Assembly (NCBI GenBank): GCA_963833125.1
Contig: CAWHWX010000034.1
Coordinates: 43,840-107,839, forward strand
DNA: 64,000 bases
Source: Candidatus Bathyarchaeota archaeon
GTDB taxonomy: Archaea; Thermoproteota; Bathyarchaeia; 40CM-2-53-6
Reading direction: 5' to 3'
Positions 11,869 to 20,637 of the stretch are shown here, piece after piece; positions within the stretch are counted from its first letter, which is position 1, and each line of letters starts with the position of its first letter. A program made the translations under genes and the position numbers. The notes under the pieces were generated by a model. That model saw only the letters and a list, made by a program, of their open reading frames with translations. It searched no databases and was not told where the DNA came from.

Positions 11869-11977
11869 CTCCAGTGAATTTTCGGAAGCGCCTCGAATAT
11901 GACCCGGTACTCATTCACACTTATATGCATCGACCATCGCGAATGCCAAGAGACGAGAAAGTTAGAGGTCGAGTGGC

Positions 11978-13693
11978 GTGAGTGAAACGCTGACATTCGA
12001 CGTCGTAATTGTTGGCTCCGGATTAGCAGGTCTCCGCGCTGCCATTGAGGCGGCACGGGTGTCAGATGGCAAAACCAGCATCGCTGTGGTAACAAAAGTT
12101 CAGGCTATGAGGTCACATTCCGTATCAGCCGAAGGTGGTACCGCCGCAGTTCTGTACCCTGACAAGGGTGACACGTTCGAATCCCATATCTACGACACGG
12201 TCAAAGGTAGCGATTTTCTTGCCGATCAGGACGCCGTCGATTTCTTCGTACGAGCTATGCCCGCGGAGATATACCAACTTGAGCATTGGGGAATGCCTTG
12301 GTCCAGAACAGAAGACGGTAGGATAGCACAACGCAACTTCGGAGGTTACAATTTTCCACGAGCAACGTTTGCAGCCGATCGGGTTGGATTCTTCGAGATG
12401 CAGACGCTTTACGACACTACTCGCAAGTTCGAGAACATCCAGTTCCTCCAAGAATGGTTTGTTACGTCGCTGATCGTGGACCATGGCACGTTTAGAGGCT
12501 TGACAGCGATAGATATGAAGACTGGAGACTTTCATCCCTTTAACGCTAAGGCAGGGATAATTGCCACGGGCGGAGCTGGAAGGCTTTACAGATTCGCAAC
12601 TTTCGGATACTCGTCGACTCCGGATGGGCTGTCATTAGCCTACCGTGCGGGAGCGCCGATAATGGACATGGAGTTCGTGCAATTTCATCCCACCGGACTG
12701 ATTCCTTCGGGAATTCTGATTACCGAAGGAGCGTGCGGAGACGGGGCAGTATTGATCAATAAGGATGGCGAGAGGTTCATGAAGAAGTACGCACCGCAGA
12801 AGTTGGACCTCGCCTCACGTGACGTCGTATCAAGAGCAATCATAACGGAGATTCAGGAAGGCAGGGGGCTGAAGGATTCTGTGAGCGGGATGGATTATAT
12901 GCTGCTCGACCTTCGGCAGTTAGGCGCTGAAAAAATCAATGAAAGACTCTCTGGGATAAGGGAGATAGCGCTAAAGTTCAAGGGAATCGATCCGATTAAC
13001 GAACCTTTGCCGATAAGACCAGTGTGCCATTACATGATGGGGGGTGTCAAAACAAACATGAACGCCGAAACGCCCATAGCCGGGCTTTGGGCCGCAGGCG
13101 AAGCCGCCTGCGTTAGCATAAACGGAGCCAACCGCCTCGGCGCAAACTCGACAGCCGAGTGCCTTGTGTTTGGCGCACAGAGCGGGGCAGGAGCAGCGAA
13201 ATACGCGATGGCCCGAGAAACCAGAAGTTTAGACATGCAGTCGGTAGAACAAGATGAAAAACGAATCTTCGATGAAATTTTACATGGAAGCGGCTCCGAG
13301 AACCCTTACGAGATCCGTAACCAAGCCCAAACAATCATGGACAAGTACGCATACGTCTACCGAAGTGGGACCGGGCTCGAACAAGGTTTGCGAGAGTTAC
13401 GCGCTCTCCACAAGAGAGCGTTTAGGCATGTCGAGGATCAAGCGAAGGAGTATAATAGCAACTTCATTAATGTGCTCGAGCTAGAATCGATGTTCGAAAT
13501 ATCCGAAATCATTTTGGCGGGCGGCCTCAACCGAAGAGAATCGCGGGGCGCCCATTCGCGCATCGACTACCCAAAGAGGGACGATGAGCATTGGCTGAAG
13601 CACACTCTAGCCTACTACACAGGTGACGAGCCGCGGCTTGACTACGGGCCGGTGACAATCACGAACTACCAACCTGCCGAGCGTCATTATTGA
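11978..13693 (+). CDS. sdhA: Succinate dehydrogenase/fumarate reductase flavoprotein subunit
   Basis: GSGLAG, RSHSVSAEGG (FAD-attachment His), QFHPTG, HYMMGG, GANRLGANS, ESRGAHSR. Confidence 0.95.
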   Translation: MSETLTFDVVIVGSGLAGLRAAIEAARVSDGKTSIAVVTKVQAMRSHSVSAEGGTAAVLYPDKGDTFESHIYDTVKGSDFLADQDAVDFFVRAMPAEIYQLEHWGMPWSRTEDGRIAQRNFGGYNFPRATFAADRVGFFEMQTLYDTTRKFENIQFLQEWFVTSLIVDHGTFRGLTAIDMKTGDFHPFNAKAGIIATGGAGRLYRFATFGYSSTPDGLSLAYRAGAPIMDMEFVQFHPTGLIPSGILITEGACGDGAVLINKDGERFMKKYAPQKLDLASRDVVSRAIITEIQEGRGLKDSVSGMDYMLLDLRQLGAEKINERLSGIREIALKFKGIDPINEPLPIRPVCHYMMGGVKTNMNAETPIAGLWAAGEAACVSINGANRLGANSTAECLVFGAQSGAGAAKYAMARETRSLDMQSVEQDEKRIFDEILHGSGSENPYEIRNQAQTIMDKYAYVYRSGTGLEQGLRELRALHKRAFRHVEDQAKEYNSNFINVLELESMFEISEIILAGGLNRRESRGAHSRIDYPKRDDEHWLKHTLAYYTGDEPRLDYGPVTITNYQPAERHY

Positions 13694-13703
13694 GGGATCG
13701 ATT

Positions 13704-14474
13704 TTGCGGGTCGGAGAAACATTCAAGCTGAGAGTTCGGCGCGAGAACCCAGCGACTAAGACGGGGCCAACTTTTCAGGAGTTCGATATTCCGTACGAAG
13801 AAGGCCTGACTGTTTTGGAGGCATTGCTCCGCGCAAAGGAACATTTTGATCATTCGATTGCGATTCGATTCTCGTGCAGAATGGCGTCCTGCGGTTCATG
13901 TGGAATGCTCATCAACGGCAAACCAGGGCTTGCTTGCTATACGCAAATCAATGAAGTCTCTGCGAAGTCAATCACAGTAGCGCCGCTTGACCACTATCCG
14001 CTCGTGCGTGATCTGGTGACTGACTTTCATGGATTCTTTGACAAGCACAAGTCTGTGTCGCCGTTCCTTCTACGGCGGAACGTTGCTGAACAGGAGACTT
14101 CAAAGTCAGAATATTATCAGAGCAGCGAAGAGCTTGACAGTTTTCTCCAATTCTCATATTGCATAAAATGTGGGCTATGCAATGCCGCATGTCCCACGAT
14201 GGCCAACGATTCTAAATTCATAGGGCCTCAAGCCCTCGGACAAGCCTACCGCTACGTCGCTGATTCAAGAGACGAGGGTGCCTTACAACGCCTAAAGGCC
14301 GTAGATCGGGAGCATGGCATTTGGCGGTGCCACTTTGCGGGGTCGTGCAGTTTCGTCTGCCCAAAGGGTGTTGACCCAGCATTGGCAATTCAGAAGCTCA
14401 GAGGATTGACCCTTTCTAAGGGTCGGGCAAACAGAACCGGCACTTTGCTTATGCCTGTGAAGACTGCTAACTAA
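13704..14474 (+). CDS. sdhB: Succinate dehydrogenase iron-sulfur subunit
   Basis: SCRMASCGSCG..C [2Fe-2S], CIKCGLCNAACP [4Fe-4S], CHFAGSCSFVCP [3Fe-4S]. Confidence 0.95.
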   Translation: MRVGETFKLRVRRENPATKTGPTFQEFDIPYEEGLTVLEALLRAKEHFDHSIAIRFSCRMASCGSCGMLINGKPGLACYTQINEVSAKSITVAPLDHYPLVRDLVTDFHGFFDKHKSVSPFLLRRNVAEQETSKSEYYQSSEELDSFLQFSYCIKCGLCNAACPTMANDSKFIGPQALGQAYRYVADSRDEGALQRLKAVDREHGIWRCHFAGSCSFVCPKGVDPALAIQKLRGLTLSKGRANRTGTLLMPVKTAN

Positions 14475-14486
14475 GGCTGACACACG

Positions 14487-14666
14487 ATGGGTGTTGATTC
14501 AGCCTTCTTGAAGAAGGGTAACAAGCTAGACTCGATGATCGTCAAATGTGCAGTGTGCGGCAATAAGATTGATGTATACATTAACGCGATTTCTTCAGCT
14601 GGCGAGGTTTGGCCTTTCTGCGAAACCTGCAAATCATACGTAGATGTTGTCCCATCTGACCAGTGA
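14487..14666 (+). CDS. 59-aa zinc-ribbon microprotein (not in ORF track)
   Basis: Translated by hand: MGVDSAFLKKGNKLDSMIVKCAVCGNKIDVYINAISSAGEVWPFCETCKSYVDVVPSDQ; two CxxC pairs; fills the sdhB-glyS gap. Confidence 0.6.
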   Translation: MGVDSAFLKKGNKLDSMIVKCAVCGNKIDVYINAISSAGEVWPFCETCKSYVDVVPSDQ

Positions 14667-14712
14667 AATTGGATTGTTCTAATTCACGAATTGAAGAAAA
14701 GATGATTTTGCC

Positions 14713-16476
14713 TTGGCGGGAATAGACAAATACGAATTGCTCTCGGACTTGGCAAAACGTCGAGGGTTCTTCTGGCCATCCTTTGAAATCTACGGAGGGA
14801 TAAGTGGCTACCTTGACCTCGGGCCTTTAGGCTGGAAACTGAGACGACGAATAGAGGACAAATGGCTCCAACTGTTCGCATACCGGCATGGGTATGCAGC
14901 CATATCGACTCCAGTCATTACTCCCGAGAAAGTCTTCAAGGCGTCCGGTCATGTTGAACACTTCAAGGACTTAATGGTAAATTGCCTGCAATGTAAGAGA
15001 CATTTCCGAGCCGACTACGTGATAACCGAAGCGATGCCCGCCCGAACCAACATCGCTGCAGAAGCCATGACGGCCGCAGAAATCGACGCGTTCATCACAG
15101 AAAATCTCATCCGTTGTCCAGAGTGCGGCGGCACTCTAAGCAAAGCAGAGTTCTATTCGACCATGTTCAAGACGAACATTGGCCCCTATGGCGACGTGAC
15201 GGGATATGGTCGACCCGAAGCTGCGCAAGGAATATTCGTCGACTTCAAACGCGTCTATGAAGCGAGCCGCGAAAGACTCCCGCTCGGCATCGCGCAAGTC
15301 GGCACAGTCATGAGAAACGAGATCTCCCCGAGACAGGGACCGATTAGATTGAGAGAATTTACCATAATGGAGATGGAATTGTTCTTCGATCCGAACGAGC
15401 CTCGCTGCCCGTTCTTGGATCAAGTCAAGGAAACCGAACTGCCAATTCTCCTTGCAAGCGAGCGGGAACGGAAGAGCTCGCAGATCACACATGTCTCACC
15501 ACAGGAGGCGGTGACTAAGGGCATTGTTCTTACAGAATGGATGGCTTACTTCATGGCACTTTCAATAGAGTTCGTGAAGAGCCTCGGTATACCTACTGAC
15601 AAGCAAAGATTCGAAGAGAAAATGATCACAGAAAGGTCGCACTACTCCAGCCAAACTTTCGACCATCAGATTTGGCTCGACCGTTGGGGTTGGGTGGAAA
15701 TAGCCGGTCATGCCTACCGCACGGACTTCGATTTAACCGCGCACATAAAATCCTCAGGCGCTGACCTTTCGGTCTTCAAACCATATGACAACCCTATATC
15801 ACGGAAAGTAAAGAGCATTGTACCCCTCGACTCCGTTCTAGGTCCATTGTTGAGGGAAAGAAGCAAGCTAGTAATCGACGCGCTAAAGTCGAGTAATCCG
15901 GACGAAGTTACGAAGGCTTTCGAGAAATTTGGTTTCTTCGAAGTTCAAGGATTCAAGATTCTTCCGACACACGTTCGTTTCGAAGAACAAACCATACGGG
16001 AGGCGGGTCGACGAGTCGTTCCGTATGTGGTGGAACCTAGCTTCGGCGCTGAGAGATTAGTGTATTCAGCGTTAGAACACGCATACACACGCTCTAAAGA
16101 TCGGGTTGTGTTAAGACTTCCCAAGAGTCTAGTTCCAATTCAAGTCATGGTCTTTCCCCTAATGGGAAAAGACGGACTTCCCGAACTAGCATCCAAGATT
16201 CAAACGCGGCTGTCGGAGAGTGGACTTGAAGTAGAATACGACGAATCAGGAACAATTGGAAGGCGCTATGCGCGAGCCGACGAAGTAGGGGTTCCACTAT
16301 CGGTTACCGTCGATTACAAGTCTAAGGAGGACAAGACGGTAACAATCCGGGACCGAGATACGTGGAAGCAGGTTCGGGGAGATTGGGAAAAACTCCCGGA
16401 AACAGTGTTACGGTTCTTCCGGGGAGAGATTGAATTCGAGGCACTCGGTAAAGCGGTTGACACCTCTTATGAGTAG
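14713..16476 (+). CDS. glyS: Glycine--tRNA ligase (archaeal/eukaryotic type)
   Basis: KRRGFFWPSFEIYGG, SGHVEHF, RPEAAQG, RNEISPRQGPIRLREF, VEPSFG, IGRRYARADE. Confidence 0.95.
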   Translation: MAGIDKYELLSDLAKRRGFFWPSFEIYGGISGYLDLGPLGWKLRRRIEDKWLQLFAYRHGYAAISTPVITPEKVFKASGHVEHFKDLMVNCLQCKRHFRADYVITEAMPARTNIAAEAMTAAEIDAFITENLIRCPECGGTLSKAEFYSTMFKTNIGPYGDVTGYGRPEAAQGIFVDFKRVYEASRERLPLGIAQVGTVMRNEISPRQGPIRLREFTIMEMELFFDPNEPRCPFLDQVKETELPILLASERERKSSQITHVSPQEAVTKGIVLTEWMAYFMALSIEFVKSLGIPTDKQRFEEKMITERSHYSSQTFDHQIWLDRWGWVEIAGHAYRTDFDLTAHIKSSGADLSVFKPYDNPISRKVKSIVPLDSVLGPLLRERSKLVIDALKSSNPDEVTKAFEKFGFFEVQGFKILPTHVRFEEQTIREAGRRVVPYVVEPSFGAERLVYSALEHAYTRSKDRVVLRLPKSLVPIQVMVFPLMGKDGLPELASKIQTRLSESGLEVEYDESGTIGRRYARADEVGVPLSVTVDYKSKEDKTVTIRDRDTWKQVRGDWEKLPETVLRFFRGEIEFEALGKAVDTSYE

Positions 16477-16553
16477 TGGGAACCGGTAATCTGGGCCATG
16501 GTTTAAGTTCTGATTCACACTAGTATACTTGAAAGAAACTGCGGTGCACCCAT

Positions 16554-17213
16554 GTGGCATTTCCAATAGAGACAGAAGCAAACATACGTCGTAGGATGCT
16601 GGATCTCTGTCAGACGCACGCTAGAAATGTCGTCGAGATAACCAGGCAGCTTGTGGTTCTCATGGACAATATCGCCGAGAAGAAGACGAAGCTCGCTAAG
16701 GAAAACTATGAGGCCATGCTCAAAGCCCTTGAAGAGAACGACAAGAACAAGGCAACCTTTCTGGCAGAAGTTGCCTCAGTCGGCACGTTGCTAGTCAGCA
16801 GGGAGGATTTCCTGCGTCTGCTCTTTCGGCTTGGTGAGGTGGCTGAATATTGCGAGGCGATGGGTTTCAGACTCATGTGCGTTGTCGATTTGAAATGGAA
16901 ATTGGACACGAAGAGATTAGAAGAGGTTTCGCATCTTATGGGCTCAGTCCTGAAAGAGATATCGAAAGTAAGAGAAACCCTTCACTCACTCTCCTTCGAT
17001 GCCGATAAGGCTGTCGAGATTGCGAAAACCGTCGAGGGATTAGAACGCGAAATCGACGCTGAATCTCGCAAATTAGACTTAGAACTCATGGCAAGCAAGA
17101 TGCCTATCTCATCCGTGCTATTCTTCCGAGACCTAGTCGATAGAGCAGAAAGGATCGCAGATATCGGCGTTGACGTTGTGGATCACATCCGAGTACTCGC
17201 TCTGACTGCTTAG
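16554..17213 (+). CDS. DUF47 / PhoU-like helical protein
   Basis: REDFLRL, VEGLEREIDAESR, AERIAD pattern. Confidence 0.7.
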   Translation: MAFPIETEANIRRRMLDLCQTHARNVVEITRQLVVLMDNIAEKKTKLAKENYEAMLKALEENDKNKATFLAEVASVGTLLVSREDFLRLLFRLGEVAEYCEAMGFRLMCVVDLKWKLDTKRLEEVSHLMGSVLKEISKVRETLHSLSFDADKAVEIAKTVEGLEREIDAESRKLDLELMASKMPISSVLFFRDLVDRAERIADIGVDVVDHIRVLALTA

Positions 17214-17225
17214 GTAGTCTCACGA

Positions 17226-17783
17226 ATGGCAGACGTTGCGTCAGCCGAACTAATCGGCACTAGGCTGGTCGTCTGGGACTTCGCTGAAGCAGTGCGGCTC
17301 TACCGTATGGGCTTCTTCGGGAAACCAGTCGGAATTCCCAAACCTAAACCCGAGCAGGAATTCAAAGCCCCGCTAATACTCGACCTCATGGAAGGCCTGT
17401 ACCTTCTTGACCGGAAGATCATCAAAGTTACAGACGCAACGACGAATAAGTTAGTGAGCAGGGCTAAGCTGCTGAAACTGGCCAACCGCACTTACAAACA
17501 ATTCAACCTAGGATATGCCGCCTACGAGAACCTCCGCGAGAAGGGGCTCATTGTGACGCCGGGGATTAGGTTCGGATCTGATTTTGCGATCTACGAACAT
17601 GGCCCCGGCATCGACCACGCGCCCTTCATCGTGACTGTGAAGAAGGAGCAGGAAACAATGGGCCCCTTCGAGGTCGTTCTTGCAGGACGACTTGCAACAA
17701 CGGTCCGAAAACAATTCACCATAGCGGTACCAAATCGACGCAACAACGTGGATTACCTAGTTTTCCGATGGTTCAAAGCGTAA
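17226..17783 (+). CDS. endA: tRNA splicing endonuclease, catalytic alpha subunit
   Basis: LDLMEGLYL, GIRFGSDFAIY..GPGIDHAP, GRLATTVRK (Tyr-His-Lys triad); GFFGKPVGIPKPK loop. Confidence 0.92.
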   Translation: MADVASAELIGTRLVVWDFAEAVRLYRMGFFGKPVGIPKPKPEQEFKAPLILDLMEGLYLLDRKIIKVTDATTNKLVSRAKLLKLANRTYKQFNLGYAAYENLREKGLIVTPGIRFGSDFAIYEHGPGIDHAPFIVTVKKEQETMGPFEVVLAGRLATTVRKQFTIAVPNRRNNVDYLVFRWFKA

Positions 17784-17808
17784 GACATGCCCACCATTAA
17801 GCCGTGAG

Positions 17809-18673
17809 CTAAGTTCGCGCAGTCAGCTGCACTAGCTCCCTGTCCTTTACAAACCCCATCTTGTCTAGAAGACGCTTCATTACCTCATTGGTCGCTGGAC
17901 TCCAGACGGTCAGCTTTGTTACCCCTTTTCCTTCCTTGACTAACCTATTCATCGCAGATGCTATCTCCGTGGTTGCTAACCCCGCCGCTCTGTAAAGGGG
18001 ATGAGTAAAGACCTGTGCAACATTAGCTTCAACCGGAGATACTCTCGTAACGAGACATGCGCTCACCAGGTTCGGAAAAGCACCACTCGCAAAAGAGGCG
18101 CCTGAAACGTAGTCCCCAAGCTTCCCTGACATTACGTTTCTTATTACATTCTCGGTTGATTGAGCGTCGGAGTACGCGCCCTTCGGGTACGCCTCGTACA
18201 TTAGGTTTGATAATGTGGGAATCTCTTTGTCGGTTGGATTCATGAGAGGAAGAATCGGCATCATTCTCGTTTCTAATGGAGCGCGTGAAAATCTGATCAA
18301 GGGTGTCACGCTTCTCGAAACCATTAGATAGGAATGAATCCGCTTGGTCGGCCTGGGCGTTTACTTGGAGGTTTGTGATTCTCTGCATATCTTCACGTAG
18401 GGGTGCGATAACGGATTCTAACGACGTGCTTCTATCATAGCATAATCGGGATATGTTCGCTGTGGGCTCCGAAATTTCTGCTGAGAACAACGCGACTGGC
18501 CGGTCTGATGTGAGGACGTACCACGAATTTCCCAGCGAAGCTATAGCCTTGCCTACAGCTTCGGTGCTCGTCGTGTGTGCAAATGTCTGTTCCATGAAAT
18601 CGTGGTCTTGGCAGACAAAACGCGCAACTGATTGTAGGACATTCGGGGAACATTTTCCGACTTTGGTGATCAT
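17809..18673 (-). CDS. GNAT family acetyltransferase, two-domain (frameshift near 18300)
   Basis: VAQVFTHPLYRAAGLA, N..MKRLLDKMGF; N-terminal half in ORF 18029-18673. Confidence 0.65.
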
Positions 18674-18735
18674 GTTTCATCAGATACCTTGGAAAAACCC
18701 ATATTCCTCAGTATAATCAATCCGGTCCGATTCTC

Positions 18736-19014
18736 ATGTACAGAGGGCTAGTTGTTTCCGGGGCCATCCTCGCTGTATTCGGGGGCTTCCTAGTCTTCAC
18801 TGACTTCTACGTTCCGCTTGGGGTTTCCCTTTTCGGTTTGCCTATTTCGGTTGTGGGAGGAATCATGTTTGCTCTGGGTTTATTGTGCGCAGAACCTAAG
18901 CCTCTGGAGCCTGAACCAGGTAAGAAGTTCTGCTGGTACTGTATGAAGCAAATTCCTGCGAATGCTGCAGATTGCCCCGAATGTAGTCTACCACAGCATG
19001 ACCCAAGTGATTGA
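18736..19014 (+). CDS. Small two-TM membrane protein with C-terminal zinc ribbon
   Basis: Two hydrophobic helices then CWYC...CPEC. Confidence 0.7.
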   Translation: MYRGLVVSGAILAVFGGFLVFTDFYVPLGVSLFGLPISVVGGIMFALGLLCAEPKPLEPEPGKKFCWYCMKQIPANAADCPECSLPQHDPSD

Positions 19015-19033
19015 TGCGGTTATCCAGTGAACA

Positions 19034-19378
19034 CTAAGTAGACTGATTCTCTTTCTTTTCAACTGGGGAAGCTTCGTTCGGCTCTTCGCGTAGCTGGATA
19101 TGCGCTTGCCCTTCCATGATTTTCCTTTGTAGAGCAGTAATCAATTCATCAATGCCGGCATCGTCTAGACCCAATTTCCTCAACTCTGCAAGGATCTCTT
19201 CTGAAAGAGTCGCATTGATATTTGGGCCGCCATAGCCCTCCATGCCAATCGCACCAAACTTCAGGCGATTGCTTTTGTATTCAAAATATCCGGAAATGTA
19301 AGTGACTCTACCTTGCTCGTCTAAGATGTCGATATAGACCTCGAGATCATCTGGCAGTTCTGGTCGGCTCATCAGCAA
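19034..19378 (-). CDS. Hypothetical protein
   Basis: Non-overlapping 114-aa ORF with globular composition. Confidence 0.55.
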   Translation of the reverse strand: MLMSRPELPDDLEVYIDILDEQGRVTYISGYFEYKSNRLKFGAIGMEGYGGPNINATLSEEILAELRKLGLDDAGIDELITALQRKIMEGQAHIQLREEPNEASPVEKKENQST

Positions 19379-19451
19379 TCAACCTAGCTGTACATTCATT
19401 CGTGGGACACACGAATATAGTTGTCTCGCTTATGCAAAACTGTGCAAGAGT

Positions 19452-20354
19452 TTGCTAAGGAAAATTGACGATCATGTTTCAATTATCGACACTGTGGCTT
19501 TAGGAAATCCTTGCGTCGTCGCGGCTTATCTTGTGTCAGGAAAAGAAAGAGCGCTAATCGATATGGGCTACAGGTCCTCAGCTGAGGGCGTCATCAGTGA
19601 TCTCGAGGAGAATGGATTAGGAACTGACAGCATCGACTACCTTCTGCCTACTCATGTGCACCTGGATCATTCCGGAGGATGCGGCACCCTTGCCGAGAAA
19701 TACCTTAACGCCTCAATCCGAGTCCATCCAAAAGGTCTGCCTCACTTAGCAAATCCGACCAGGCTGTGGGCGGGGGCGGGAGAGCTATTCGGACCACAAC
19801 TTATGGAAAGATTTGGCAAGCCTCGACCGATCGAGGGGAATCGTTTGCAAGAGATTGGTGATAATGAAGAAATTGCGCTCGGCGGAGGTTTAACCCTACG
19901 GTCCCTTTGGACTCCAGGCCATGCGCCACATCACCTAAGTTACGAACTGGAAGGAACTGGCAGTGTCGTGACAGGGGATGTGGTAGGCACAATCTATCCG
20001 AGCGTTCCAATCCTGGTCCCGACAACACCTCCGCCAAGTTTCGATCTTCAACTAGCGGTAAGATCCCTGGAACTGGTCAGAGGCACACAACCCGCAAGAA
20101 TCCTGACTCCTCATTATGGCATCATGGTCGACGCGAGAAATTTGATCGTGGATAACATCCGAGTGCTGAAGGAATGGGAGTTGAAGATCAGTGGGTTGCT
20201 CAAGGATGGGGCATCTCCTGCGTGGATTACGAGAATTCTTACGGACGAAACCGCCCGTCGTGCCGGCCAATTACCAGGGATGATGCCAGACTACCTCTCT
20301 ATGTCGATAAAGAACAGCGTTCTCGGGTTTGCCCGCTACCTCGAGGCTAGATGA
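19452..20354 (+). CDS. MBL-fold metallo-hydrolase
   Basis: THVHLDHSGG, TPGHAPHH, TGD, PHYG. Confidence 0.9.
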   Translation: MLRKIDDHVSIIDTVALGNPCVVAAYLVSGKERALIDMGYRSSAEGVISDLEENGLGTDSIDYLLPTHVHLDHSGGCGTLAEKYLNASIRVHPKGLPHLANPTRLWAGAGELFGPQLMERFGKPRPIEGNRLQEIGDNEEIALGGGLTLRSLWTPGHAPHHLSYELEGTGSVVTGDVVGTIYPSVPILVPTTPPPSFDLQLAVRSLELVRGTQPARILTPHYGIMVDARNLIVDNIRVLKEWELKISGLLKDGASPAWITRILTDETARRAGQLPGMMPDYLSMSIKNSVLGFARYLEAR

Positions 20355-20637
20355 TAAGACGTAATGTATGCCGATGCTTGCCTCCAAAATGCTATGGGAA
20401 GGAGGTCGAAAACAAGCACGATGCAATTTCGTGCAAATAGAGGCCTATCTACGGGCCGAAATTGCGACAAACAAGTTGTGCTGTTCTAGCATGTTCGTGT
20501 TTACGCCATTGAGCCGTTAAATAGTGCGAAGTAAGGAATTGTGTTAAGTCTTAAGTAACCAATGGGCAGGTTAGCTTAGGAGTATTTCAGAAAACCGCAA
20601 ATCGATTGATAATGAAACCAAATGGAGGCACTGTTCG

